A stretch of 64,000 nt of DNA from NCBI RefSeq assembly GCF_009914755.1, contig NC_060928.1; one strand, written 5' to 3'. The DNA comes from the human T2T-CHM13v2.0 reference genome, Homo sapiens. This document shows, in pieces, positions 1-12,589 of this stretch (the first letter of the stretch is position 1; each line of letters opens with the position of its first letter). A program made the translations under genes and the position numbers. The notes beneath the pieces are model-generated. The model did not search any database and was not told where the DNA came from. It was given only the letters and a program-made list of their open reading frames with translations.

Positions 1-719
1 CACACAGCTAGTAAATAGGGGACCAAAATTTAAAGCCAGGCAAGGTGCCTCTGGGGTTCACTACTACTGCTTTTAAATGTAAGCCAACTCTTCTGTAAAA
101 TAGGGATAATAATATTACCATTCTCAGGGGTTCCTTAAAAGGAAAACCGGGGGGCTAAGATACACATCACAATGTCCGCCTGCCTAGCATGGAGAGAGGT
201 CTCCTGAGAGAGGCCAAAATGAGGAACTTCCCAAGCACACAGGCAAGTGATGAATTAAAAGTTATGGAGAAAGAAAAGTCAAATAAATGATCAAGAATTT
301 GAATGGGATATAGAAGTTGAGAGCAACTACACGTGAAATTTGGCAATTACAACCACAGTGCATGGCAAGCTTTTTAGGAATTTTCTAAAAACTTTTCAAA
401 AATAAAACCTTAACATGTGGTTAGTTGTCTCTACCTTTTTGAAAGCTCAAATGCATCTAGTTGCTTCTTTACTCACCATTTTGGGAAATAATACCCGGTC
501 CCTACTTGCAAAGCCCTGATAAAAGGAACACTCTTATCAGAAGTGTAAAAACATAAAACTTGTTATATCCAGTTTTCTATTCTTCTCAGGTTGTTCTTTT
601 TTCCCCTGATCTTTCTTTTTGTATCCACCTTTATCTCCCTAATAATTGCCCAGCATTCTGGCAAAACTTTAAATGTTTTGCCATCATTAATGGAAGGAAG
701 AGAAGTAACTTGTTAACTG

Positions 720-880
720 TCATATCTGTACTAGGCATTGTACCAGGACCTTAGTGTAACCCACTCAATCCTCATAAACTCTGCAAGAAAGATCCTCCTA
801 TTCCATTTTACAGATGAGGAAATTTGCCTTAAGCCTGTGGAACTGACCTTACCCTTCAACTTGCCTGAGATCCAGACACA
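720..880 (-). mobile_element. MIR SINE fragment
   Basis: MIR core-like ...ccattttacagatgaggaaa... preceded by aatcctcataaac; boundaries approximate. Confidence 0.6.
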
Positions 881-1229
881 AACTCCAAGGAGTTCATTCT
901 TACGTGAACCCGTATATAATACAGATTACATCACCAAAGAAAATCCCATGCATCCGTTCTAAAGAAAAATCCTTCTGTTCCCTTTTTACTTATTAATGCA
1001 GCAATTGCTTTTCTCTTGTGACTGTGTTTGCTTCTCCTAGGAAGAGACACCTGTCTTTGCTCAAGGTTTTTGTGACTACAGATTGATAAACAGTTTCTTT
1101 CTCTGGTTTCTAGACTTCATGGGGCTTGCTTGCTTTTGGGATCTGATGCCCTCAAAGGCAGAGCCAGTGGTCCTTATTAAGAGATTCCCAAGTTTAGAAC
1201 TGTGTTTAGAACTCGAATTCCCAACATTC

Positions 1230-1275
1230 ATTTGCTAACTTTTAATTAGCATATTTGCTAACTTTTAATTAGCAT
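1230..1275. repeat. 23-bp perfect tandem duplication
   Basis: atttgctaacttttaattagcat at 1230-1252 and 1253-1275. Confidence 0.9.
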
Positions 1276-2029
1276 GGTTTGGCTAAAGGCAAGATACAGG
1301 TCCAATAAACTGAGTGCTGTCAGGTCCCCTTCCCAAATCTGGCCAGGTGCTTGTACGCAGGTCAAATAATCTCTTCTCTGTCTTACCATTTCGGCCTCTG
1401 CCATACAGAATGTTGTTAACATACCTTAATTCTGAATCATGATATTCCTGTTCTTCCTGAGGATTTTTTTTTTTCCTCTGACTCTTACTTTTTTCTAGGG
1501 CTGAAATTAGGTCACTATTTCTAGAATGGCATGGTTTTATTTTCCTTTTTCCCTTTTCTAGGTTGCCAGCAATAAAATAATAGAAGCTGACGTCCTAAAA
1601 TGGGAGATAGAGGAAAACTGCGTTCCCATTTTTATATCAGAAATCTAAGCTCCCCGAAGGCTCTAACAGAGATAGTTTCCTTTCATTCTAAAATTGTCTC
1701 TAGAATAGAATATAGGCATAGAATATAGCATTTTTCACTGCATTTTTTTTAACATGTAGGTAGGTTGATTTCAAAGACTCAGATGAATCCCTGAGGAGAT
1801 ATTACCACAAAGGAAAATAACCAAAAAGACAGTATGCACTAAGCACTTAAGTGAGCTAGCAGTTTGCACTCAGTCACAAAAATGAAAATAAAAGCAATAT
1901 GAAAGGGAAGAACACTGACCTAGGAAGCAGAATGCATGCATCTGACTCCTTCTGGAGTGTGACTCCACATTAGTCACATTGTCCATCTGGCCTGCTGCCT
2001 TCAGCTGCACAAAATGTCAATGGTGTTGT

Positions 2030-2465
2030 TGAGAGGTGACAGCATGCTGGCAGCGCTCGCAGCCCTTGCTCGCTCTCGGCGCCTCCTCGGCCTTGGCGCC
2101 CACTCTGGCCGCGCTTGAGGAGCCCTTCAGCCCGCCGCTGCACTGTGGGAGCCCCTTTCTGGGCTGGCCAAGGCCGGAGCCGGCTCCCTCAGCTTCCGGG
2201 GAGGTGTGGAGGGAGAGACGAGGGTGGGAACCGGGGCTGCGCGCGGCGCTTGCGGGCCAGCGAGAGTTCCGGGTGGGCGAGGGCTCGGCGGGCCGCATTT
2301 AGAGCAGCCGGCAGGCCTGCAAGCCCCGGGCAGTGAGGGGCTTAGCACCTGGGCCAGCAGCTGCTGTGCTCGATTTCTCCCCGGGCCTTAGCTGCCTCCC
2401 TGCAGGGCAGGGCTCCTCGGGACCTGCAGCCCGCCATGCCTGAGTCTCCCCCACCTCCCCCCGCC
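2030..2465 (+). mobile_element. LTR12-family (HERV9) LTR, 5' part only, 3'-truncated
   Basis: Starts tgagaggtgacagcatgctggcagc...ctcgctctcggcgcctcctc, the LTR12C/D/E start; CpG-rich; similarity stops abruptly at ~2465. Confidence 0.9.
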
Positions 2466-3924
2466 CCTTATTGCTTCGATTATTTATCTGCATGTTTATA
2501 AGCTCTGGCATAAAAAAAAAAGGAAAAAAGGAAAGGAAAAGGGGGAAAAATAAGCAAATAAACTAAAACTTTCCTTTGCAAGTAGAAAATACCCCTTATT
2601 GCTTCGATTATTTCAAGCTTAGAATCTTTCAGAGTCCAGAGGCAAGCATGAGAGTCATAAAAGATGAGGTTTGGTTTATAAAACAAACTTCGTCCTGTAT
2701 TTCAATCCATTTGATCTCACCAGAGTACCAGCTCGGAGGACATTGTTTTAAATGTTATTTGCTCACGGCCCAGGCAAACAGACTTGCCTCCCAAAGACGT
2801 TACCTTGTTAAGAAATACAAGACCTCCCTAATAAAATCCAGGTGATTTATAGCATGTACACAGAGGAAACAAATTTGGGGTAAAAATTGACAGTTATGCA
2901 AGTACATCAGAAGTGCCAGCCGCTGCACCGAGGTTCCCTCTGGAAAGGAATTTGCCCTCTCGCTGGGAACCATCTGCATAGGAGTGGGAAGACCCACTCT
3001 GAGGAAATCTCCCCGTACCTGCATGCTAAAAGAATCTAAACAGACTCTTCTAAAGTCCTCTTTCATGCAGCTAATAAGACAAATAGTACTTTTAAATATT
3101 AATTCAGAATAAAAAATAATTGAAAATATCAATAAACATTCAGTGTTTTGAAAATTAAGCTTGAGTACGCCTTCCTGTAGGCATCCTTCTCCGATCATGC
3201 CCCACACCCATATGAAATGGACGAAAGGCTTCTCCTGATGGTGTGTATCTATGAGAGCATTCTCTGCTTATTTTTTTTATAAAAACTGATACACTGTAAT
3301 TTAATTATTGCTTTTATTTCTGTTTTGTTCTCTTATTTGAATGTGTATTATAAATATGTGGTTCAGCTTGTGATGTATAATAGGCACTTAATAAATTGTT
3401 AAAAGAATGAATGAATTCACAAAGCACTTGCACACACCTTTTCCCATTTAATGAGTACAATTATCCTGCCGAGTGAAAGCACAGAAAATTGTATTCGTAC
3501 CCCACTTTTATGGAAGGGAGGGAGCACAAAAACTCAGGAGCATGAATTACAAAGATTACAAATCAAGACAATGGCAGAAGGAGTGCCTCAAGTTCTGCTG
3601 TCTCAAGCTGCCTTGACTGCACATAGGAGGACTGTGAGTTTCAGGTCTAGTGCCCGCGTCTCCTCGGACTGTAAACGATGTCAGGCACCTGGGCATTCCT
3701 AGTCTTGTGGCTTTGAAAAAAAATTGCTAGACCCTTTCTCAACATTATCTATCTGAAGTAAGTGAGTAAGTACAGGTGAAGGTGTGATAGAAAATGAAAT
3801 CCCTAAATAAGATAACATGTCAGCCATTTATAATCCATGCAGAATGGTAGGGCCAAAAGAGCCATGCGTTCATTTTTTCAGGGGGAGTCTATTGGGAGGA
3901 TAATGATCTCGTTTCCACTCCTAA

Positions 3925-4110
3925 TACCCAACCTTCCCTAGCAATTTACTCTCCACATTGTAGCCAAATGACCTTTCCAAAAGGCAAATCTGGTGTTCCC
4001 TAACTTAAAATCTTTCAAGGGCTCCTGGTATTGCAAACCTTTAGTTTTGTCACATGATCCTATGATGGGGTCCCTGTTCAGTTCTCCAGCCTCATCAGGA
4101 CCCAATCTCC
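3925..4110 (+). mobile_element. L2 LINE fragment
   Basis: ctccacattgtagccaaatgacctttccaaaaggcaaatctgg...cttaaaatctttcaagg resembles the L2 3' region. Confidence 0.55.
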
Positions 4111-4304
4111 CTACTGTGTACACGCTTGTATCATTGATCTTTTACACTTACTCAAAACAAATATGTAATGAACAGTAGATAAATATACACACATATATGC
4201 ATATTTCCTATGCATTGTGCATAGTGTATGAGCAAATGTTAGGTCTTTTGCAAAATGAAATAGCTTACATGAGACATTATTATAGCCATTTAAAATAGCG
4301 CCCC

Positions 4305-4918
4305 AAATGTAAATTAGTTTAACCATTGTGGAAGGCAGTGTGACAATTCCTCAAAGTCCTAGAACCAGAAATACCATTTGAGCCAGCAATCTTATTACTG
4401 GGCATATACCCAAAGAATATAAATCATTCTATTTTAAAGATACATGCACGTGTATATTTACTGCAGCACTATTCACAATAGCAAGACATGCAATCAACCC
4501 AAATGCCCATCAATGATAGACTGGATAAAGAAAATGTGGTACATATACACCATGGTATACTATGCAGCCATAAAAAGGAACGAGATCATGTCCTTTGAAG
4601 GGACATGCATGGAGTTGGAAGCCATTATCCTCAGCAAACTAACACAGGAACAGAAAACTAAACATCGTATGTTCTCATTTATAAGTGGGAACTGAACAAT
4701 GAGACCACATGGACACAAAGAGGGGAACAACACACACTAGGCCCTGGGGTGTGGGGGGAGAGTAGCAGGATAAATAGATAACATGTGTGGGGCTTAATAC
4801 TTAGGTGATGGGTTGACAGGTGTAGCAAATTACCATGGCACATGTTTACCTATGTAACAAACTTGCACATCCTGCACATGTATCCCAGAACTTAAAATTA
4901 AATTAAATTTAAAAAATA
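4305..4918 (+). mobile_element. L1 3' end (older L1PA, ~L1PA13-16), 5'-truncated
   Basis: ORF2 C-terminus remnant (NQPKCPSMIDWIKKMWYIYTM..), L1 3'UTR, A-rich tail. Confidence 0.9.
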
Positions 4919-5119
4919 AGACAGTACCCACATGTTCAATTATTTTCTTATTTAGGAAACATCTATTGAGATCTATAGCTATAATTATACTTATATCTAT
5001 TTCTTACTTGGGAAAGCCTGCCTGACTTCTTAGAGTAATATAAATCTCTCTGTTCTAGTCTACTAGAGGACTCTAGGACTTCATAGTTCTTCTTTCATAA
5101 GACTTGTCAACCTTTTTCA

Positions 5120-5260
5120 ATGTCTACCTCCACAATAGACCGTAAGTTCTGTGAGGCCAGAGAAACTGTTCACCTTATTTATCACTACTCAGAATTTAGT
5201 AGAGTTCCTGTCACATAGCAAGTGCCCAATAAATGTCTATTGGAGAAATAAATGATGAAG
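5120..5260 (+). mobile_element. L2 3' end
   Basis: agaccgtaagttctgtgagg...cacatagcaagtgcccaataaatgtc..ataaatga typical L2 terminus. Confidence 0.65.
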
Positions 5261-5449
5261 AGATGTATGAATGTAACCTGCTGGGCTTGGGTCGAGTGAG
5301 GGAGATAGACAACAGAAATACAGCGTGATTAGTGTGATCAATGTTGTGAAACAGGATGGACAGCTATGGCTTTGTCTTTGAAGCATTCAATTATTTTTCT
5401 CTTACTTGCTTGAAGAATCAGACTTTCCTCTCTACTTTTGGCACCACTG

Positions 5450-5865
5450 GTTCAGGTAGCCTGACCCCAAAGCTTTGTCCTCAGGATGTGCGTATGCTGA
5501 ACAAGATATTTAAATTTACTTCTGGGACTTTGATAGGAACTAATAGGCAAGTGAGAGTTTCTTCCCTCTAGAGTTGTCTGGTGGTAGAATGTAAGCCTAG
5601 ATCTGCAGGGAGCTATCTTTCGACCACACACGGAGAGTCCACCTAAGAATGAAATCAATATCCGTGAAGGAAGAATTGAGCTAGCAAAACAGAGATCAAA
5701 TTTCAAAGACACTGCAGGAACATTTCTGTGAGGTCAGGCCTAAATTTAGTCAGCCTCTTGACTTTGTATTTTAATTAAATAGTCCACTTTAACTGAAATT
5801 AAATTTAACTTCAGTTAGTTTGGATTGAATTTTTGTAAGCTGCAATGAAAAATGTTTGAACTCAT
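5450..5865 (+). mobile_element. MLT1-type MaLR LTR remnant (old)
   Basis: 3' end agtttggattgaatttttgtaagctgcaatgaaaaa resembles the MLT1J/K/L terminus; 5' boundary uncertain. Confidence 0.4.
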
Positions 5866-6284
5866 TTATCAAGGCAAGCACAGGAGGCAACAGAGAACTC
5901 CATTGCCTACAGGTGGGAGAGAGGGCTGTCACGTAGCAAGTGCCCAATAAATGTCTATTGGAGAAATAGTCTACATTGGGGAGGTTTTATTTTCTGAAAG
6001 TATTAACAACTCTAGTTTGGGTTAAGCTACACATAAATCTTAGCCCAAACTAGAATTTTTAATATTTGCAGACAATTCACTTGAGCCGAACACTAATCAT
6101 TTTGTGGACACCCATGCCTTTGATAGAGGGTATGAGCCATACAGAAATATATGACTTTATCTCCTAGAGCTAAAATATACCTGAGGCCCATACACATATT
6201 TATTCTGCATTTTTTTTCCTTTTTCACTTCCCAGTTATCTAGGGCTTAGAGGGAAACATAATAAAGGTATGCACCTAACAGAAT

Positions 6285-6510
6285 AGTGGAAAAACACCAG
6301 ATTTGTAACCTACTCTGGTTATACCAGGTACAACTAGTATTAAAATATCATCGGTAAATTTATTAGTTTCTCTCAGTTTTGCAGACTCCCCACTTCCTTA
6401 TCTGTAAGACTAGGACAGCAATACCTACTTCAAATGAATGGGATAAAATACAACAAATGTCTAGCACAGATCTCGGTAATAACAATAAGCACTTAAGAAA
6501 CTTTAGTTTA
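6285..6510 (+). mobile_element. MIR SINE
   Basis: cttccttatctgtaagactaggacagcaatacctactt...ctagcacag...taagcacttaagaaac. Confidence 0.6.
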
Positions 6511-6803
6511 GTTAGCTAAAATGTTCCCCTAGAGAATACTGGATCCTGAATTTTTGCTGGGAAAAAATTACATTATTTCTCTAACTTAAGCATAATGCCT
6601 AATACATTGTGGACACTCAGCATTTGTGGAGAAAATAGAAGTTTCTAAAAAGACAAGCATAGGCTCACTGGACCCAGTTTGTTTCCAGTCCATTGCAGTG
6701 AATTCTGCATTCACCACTTCACATATATTATGGGAACATCTCACCACAAATTCCAGTAGATGTGTTTTAGTTTTATCACTATCCAGCATTAAATTCTGTG
6801 GGT

Positions 6804-6927
6804 CTTCTCTCTCTTTCTTTCTTTCTTTCTTTCCTTCTTTCTTTCTTTCTTTTTCTTTCTCTTTCCTCTCTTCTTTCTTTCTTTTTCTTTCTCTTTCTCT
6901 TTCCCTTCCTTTTCTTTTCTTTTCTTT

Positions 6928-6959
<32 letters not shown>

Positions 6960-7035
6960 TCCTTTCCTTCCTTCCTTTCCTTTCTTTCCTTCCTTTCCTT
7001 TCCTTCTTTTCTTTCTTCTTTTTGTTCTTTGTTTC
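6804..7035. repeat. (TTTC)n/(TTCC)n polypyrimidine simple repeat
   Basis: ~230 bp of nearly pure C/T. Confidence 0.95.
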
Positions 7036-7148
7036 CCCTCTAGTGCCTCATCACTTGCACAAGCTTTCATTCCATTCATCTTTTACATTTTCACTATAAT
7101 GATATATTATATTCCATTGCATCTTTGCTTAAAGCCTTTAAGTATTAT

Positions 7149-7701
7149 TGTTGCAGGAAAGGGGTCTCAATCCAGGCCCTAAGAGAGGGTTCTTGGATCT
7201 TGCACAATAAAGAATTTAGGGAGAGTCCATAAAGTGAAAGCAAGTTTATTAGGAAAGTAAAGGAACAAAAGAATGGCTACTCCATAGACAGAGTAGCCCC
7301 GAGGGCTGCTGGTTGCCCATTTTTATGGTTATTTCTTAATGATATGCTAAAAAAGGGGTAGATTATTCATGCCTCTCCTTTGAAAACTATATAGAGTAAC
7401 TTCCTGACATTGCCATGGCATTTGTAAACTGTCATGGTGCTGGTGGGAGTGAGTGTAGCAGTGAGGATGACCAGAGGTTACTCTTGTGACCATTTTGGTT
7501 TTGGTGAGTTTTACCCAGCTTCTTTACTGAAACCTGTTTTATCAGCAAGGTGTTTATGACTTGTATCTTGTGCTGACTTCTTATCTCATCCTATGACTCA
7601 GAATGCCTTAACTGCCTGGGAATGCAGCCCAGTAGGTCTCAGCCTCATTTTACCCACCTTCTATTCACAATGGAGTTGCTCTGGTTCAAACGTCTCTGAC
7701 A
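7149..7701 (-). mobile_element. MER41A solo LTR (ERV1), full length
   Basis: 553 bp with TG...CA termini; reverse complement begins tgtcagagacgtttgaaccagagcaactcca; 4-bp TSD TTAT at 7145-7148 and 7702-7705. Confidence 0.9.
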
Positions 7702-7779
7702 TTATCATCATTCATGCTCTAATTCACAATTCTTCAGTGTGTCGCCGAAGGCACCCCATGGTCTGTATTCTTCTCTATA

Positions 7780-8150
7780 CACACAGTATCAAGCTACTCA
7801 CTGTTCCCTGGTGATGGTGTACTAGCTCTTTCTCAAGGCTTCTGTGCTTTCACTCTGCCTGAAATCTTCTCCTCAAGCTGATCATCATTCCCAGACCAGC
7901 TCACTCATCCTCTGGGAATCCTCCCTTCCTGTGTGCTGAGCTCCATACCTCCTTCTGGCTCAGTTGATAACTCTCTCCTTGAGTCTTTTTCTGTAGCACA
8001 TTCTATAATGGCACCTACCGTTTCCTTCTGCAGGTACTGTATGCTACAGAAAGAGGTCACTTTTTATTTATTATTCCTCCAATTCCCCAATCCAGCTGAG
8101 GAGATAATAAGTTACTGATAATATGGTGTTTAATGTATTAACTGAATGAA
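7780..8150 (+). mobile_element. L2 fragments
   Basis: ctctgcctgaaatcttctcc... and ...aatgtattaactgaatgaa L2-like segments. Confidence 0.45.
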
Positions 8151-9385
8151 GCTGTAGCTCCTGCTAGACTTTCTAAAAGTTTGTAATGGAATAGTCTCAA
8201 ATAGTTTCACGTGCAGAAATTAATTTTAATAAGCCATGAGATATAAATAAGGATAGTTGCTTTGCAACATCTTTGCATGGAGGTGTACAAATTAATCTGG
8301 AGCAAAAAGGAGATGAGAGAATGTAGCTTTCAGGAACTAGTGGAAAACTCTTTTGAGTCATAGTTTATATTGTGTCTTCTCTTTATTAGTAATAATAATA
8401 CAGATCTTCTGGGCTGCAATTTAAGTAATAAATCGTTATAGTGACTAGGAATTTGGTGTGAGCATGAATTACAGGTGAAGGCACCAGTACTCGTAAATAC
8501 AAGAAGATCGTTACTCATTGCACAGATATTTGTTGAGTATGTGCCCGGCACTGGGTAAAGGATATAGCTGCAGGTCTGATCCATGCCCTCAGGCAGGCAG
8601 AAAGGAATCCATGAGGACTCCCCGTGACTCACTGGAGCACCTCTTAGTATATTCTCTTCTCTAATTATTAGGGTAAAAAAATAGGCAGAGCAGCCACTGA
8701 CTGAGAAGCACACAATACTCAGGCGGTCGGTCTCTCAGGGATGAGGGTCTGGGTTTGTAAGCCCTCATGACCAGAGGTGATGGTAGCTGGGGAGAGAAGG
8801 AGCCTAGAATGGACAATGAAGGAGGGAGGTGACCAGTATCAATCACAGCCCTGAAGGACACACTGGAGCTGAAGCCTTCTAGCTCCAGTGTGTCCTCTAA
8901 CTTTCATCTTACAGCTTCCCCTCAATAGGAGAGGCCACCAGAATTCTGGCGGAACTGTTCCCTGAATGCACGTGGATAGATGAATATGGATGTTCACAGT
9001 AGAGTTCTGCAGTGGGCCTGGAGACGCACTGCTCAGATCCCCTTCATTAAGGCTGCATTATCTAGCCCTAGGAAGTGTGGTCAAGTGACAGTCTCCAGCT
9101 GCTATATTCTCCAGAGTCTGCCCCTGCTGGGGAGATCTCTGTTTCATGAAGGCCATGTCCTTTGCAAGGCAGCTTCCATCTGGTGACTGAATGAAGGGAG
9201 GTGAGTATAAAGCTGGCAGATCAGGAAATTGAGGTTTTCTAGTATGCATATAAGTTGACAGTGGGTAAGCTTTCACTGTATGAATATAAGCCTATAAGGG
9301 ATGTGAATGAATGACACCTATTCAGGGATGGTCTTGATAGATAGTTGTGAGGGAAATTTATCCCACTGAGCAGAGATTTGGGTGG

Positions 9386-10105
<720 letters not shown>

Positions 10106-12589
10106 GGTGGTGCATTTGGTTATCTATTTTATATCAAAAAAGAAGTTCCCTGAGGTCAGATTATATATGAAACTTAGAGAGTGGCAAATGACCTGGCTGA
10201 CTGGCAGGAGTGTGGAAGAAAAAAGATTGGAAGTTCAGTAACAAGTAGGTCTAGGGTAGAGGGATGTGGACAGACAAGAAGATGGAGGAGAGCACCAAGC
10301 AGGAAGTCTTTATATGTTGATTTTCACCAGTGAGCATTTGCCATGAAAGAGGCACTAACCAATTAAGGAGACAAATACCTTGGCCACATGGGGTAAGCCA
10401 GCTTCTATACTGGCCACCCCAGTTCTGGAAGAATTGGAGTATAAATGAAGAGGCCATGGTGACAGAGAGGAAGGATGTACATGGGCCCCACAGCATGGAC
10501 CCCCAGCCCTGCTGTTAGCCAAAGCTGGTCTAGCTATTGCCGTGGAGAGTTCAACCTATCATCAAGAGTGCAATTCTTACTCTCCGTATGTCACCATTTC
10601 TTGAGGATACCAAGTGGCCACTTGATAGCAAGATATCTACATTGGATTCCATCCACTCTTAGAAGTCAGCGATTCATCTTGGCAAGAGGAGACAAATGAA
10701 TACACATGTATTCTGGGTTTAGTTATCGGTTTTCCTTCCCTTCTTGCAAGGCCTCAGGGTAATTTTGTGTAGACCCCTGATTACAGGATCCACTTTTCAT
10801 ATCACATATTTTGCTATTTTTGACTCAGAATTGTATATATGTTGCAGTGTCACTGGTTAGAATACACGGGATGAGGAAACTGAAGGTAGAAACAAGAGTG
10901 GCTCTGCTTGCCATCTCTCCCAGTGACCCATGTGGAAAACCTGTGCTTCCTGTCCCCATGCCATGAGTGAGGGTATAATTAGCTTCTTTTACAACCAGGT
11001 CTCTCTCACACTCCACTCTGTCTCTGTGGCCCTCAGCTTATAGTTCTGCAAGGAGTCCCCTTAAATCTCTGCTCATCTGAGTTGAAGTGAGAGGAAAAGC
11101 ATAATTTTTGTCACCACCATGAAAGGAAGGAGAACACTCTGGAACTCAGTATCTCTAAGGAAATGCTTCTACCTGGCCTGTCAAAGACAAAACTTGAGGT
11201 CTAAAGGACAGGAAGCCAACAGTGGAATGCAGGAGCTCCTGCTCTTCCATTCTTTGTTGTATTCTTGGCTTTTAGATGCCTCAGAGAAGACCCAAAAAAA
11301 GTCTTATTTTAAATCCTGTCACACGGTTAAAAACGTGTGCTAAGGATCAGACCTGTGGGCTTTGGATTCCAGGGCAAGGAACTGGAAGACATTAAAAATT
11401 CTTCAAACTAATTTTTAGTGATGTTTGTTCCTGCCTTTCTATTTATTTCTTTGTCTCTGCTTCCAGATTCTGCCAAAGCTCAGAAATTCTAATTGCACTG
11501 GCACTTTGAAGCCCAGCAGAAATTTGTTTTTTTATTACATGCCTCAAATAATAAATCAGCTCCTATTGATTTGAAACTTGACTGAGTTCTTCTAAAAAGA
11601 CTTAAATTTCTTTCCTGGGTTTTTAGATTGGACCAATTTTACTCAGTTTTGAATTTCATTATGAATTGCCTTCTGCATTCAATGGAAAGCCGATTTCCCT
11701 CTCAACCCTACCAAATGCATTTCTCCAAATTGCAGCTGAACCTTTCTTAATGGGATGTCAGCAAACTCCATGATAAATATTGATCCTGTGTTCAGCGATT
11801 CTAAGCTAAAACATTTCCCATTTTCATGTGTTTCACCATTGTGGAGGCAAGTCCTCCAAAGAAGAGGCTAGTCTTCACCTTTCATCAAATAACTAGTATA
11901 ATAATCTAACTAGTGGTATATAAATAATCTAACTAGTATAATTTAAGTAATCTAATGAGCCAGGATAATCTGAGAGGGTTTTCAAATGCCTTCTCCCAAA
12001 ATCAACTGCTAGAACTTCAGTCCAAAATCAAAGGCATATTAAGAATTTTTTGTGTCAGTAAGAGGATTACAAAGACATATTTAATATATACACCCAGGAA
12101 GGAAAAGGAATTTCTTTTCATTGAAGGAAAATTGATTATTTAGCCTAAGACTACAAATGTAAATACCTTAATGCCATAGAGAATTTAAACTGAGAGGGGA
12201 TAATGAAAAAATGTCATCCATTTTTTATTACTATGGCAAGAGACTTTTGTCTCTTTGCTCTCTGAGTCTTTCTAAATTCATCTCTCAACTCTAAGCATGT
12301 GAATCTTCGCCCCAAAATGAAAAGGTATCCTGTTAGATCTGAGCCCTCTCCCTCCCAATTTTAGTAGGTTCAATGGTTTAAATTTTCAAAGTCTTAATCT
12401 AGGGATCTAGACCCTTTGCATTCTGATTCCAGCTTATTCATACAGACTTATTTCCCCAGCTCCCCAAGAATCCACCCTTTCCTTAAGCACCATTAGCTGA
12501 TTAGGATACAGAATATTACAGCTTTACCCTGTCTGCATCTCACAGCACCCAGTCCTCTCAAATATTTTCATAATTTATACATATCATAA

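Noticed and set aside
2017-2511. Overlapping GC-rich ORFs / CpG-island promoter of a gene
   Set aside because: Entirely LTR12 sequence; the ORFs arise from high GC content.
2950-2968. Second CTCF-like word (cagcgagagggca, minus strand)
   Set aside because: Mismatch in the CC core; too weak without data.
5790-5817. 28-bp near-palindrome taactgaaattaaa/tttaacttcagtta
   Set aside because: AT-rich, short and inside an old LTR; cannot be separated from chance.
6626-7099. 157-aa F/S/L-rich and K/E/R-rich ORFs
   Set aside because: Translation of a (TTTC)n simple repeat.
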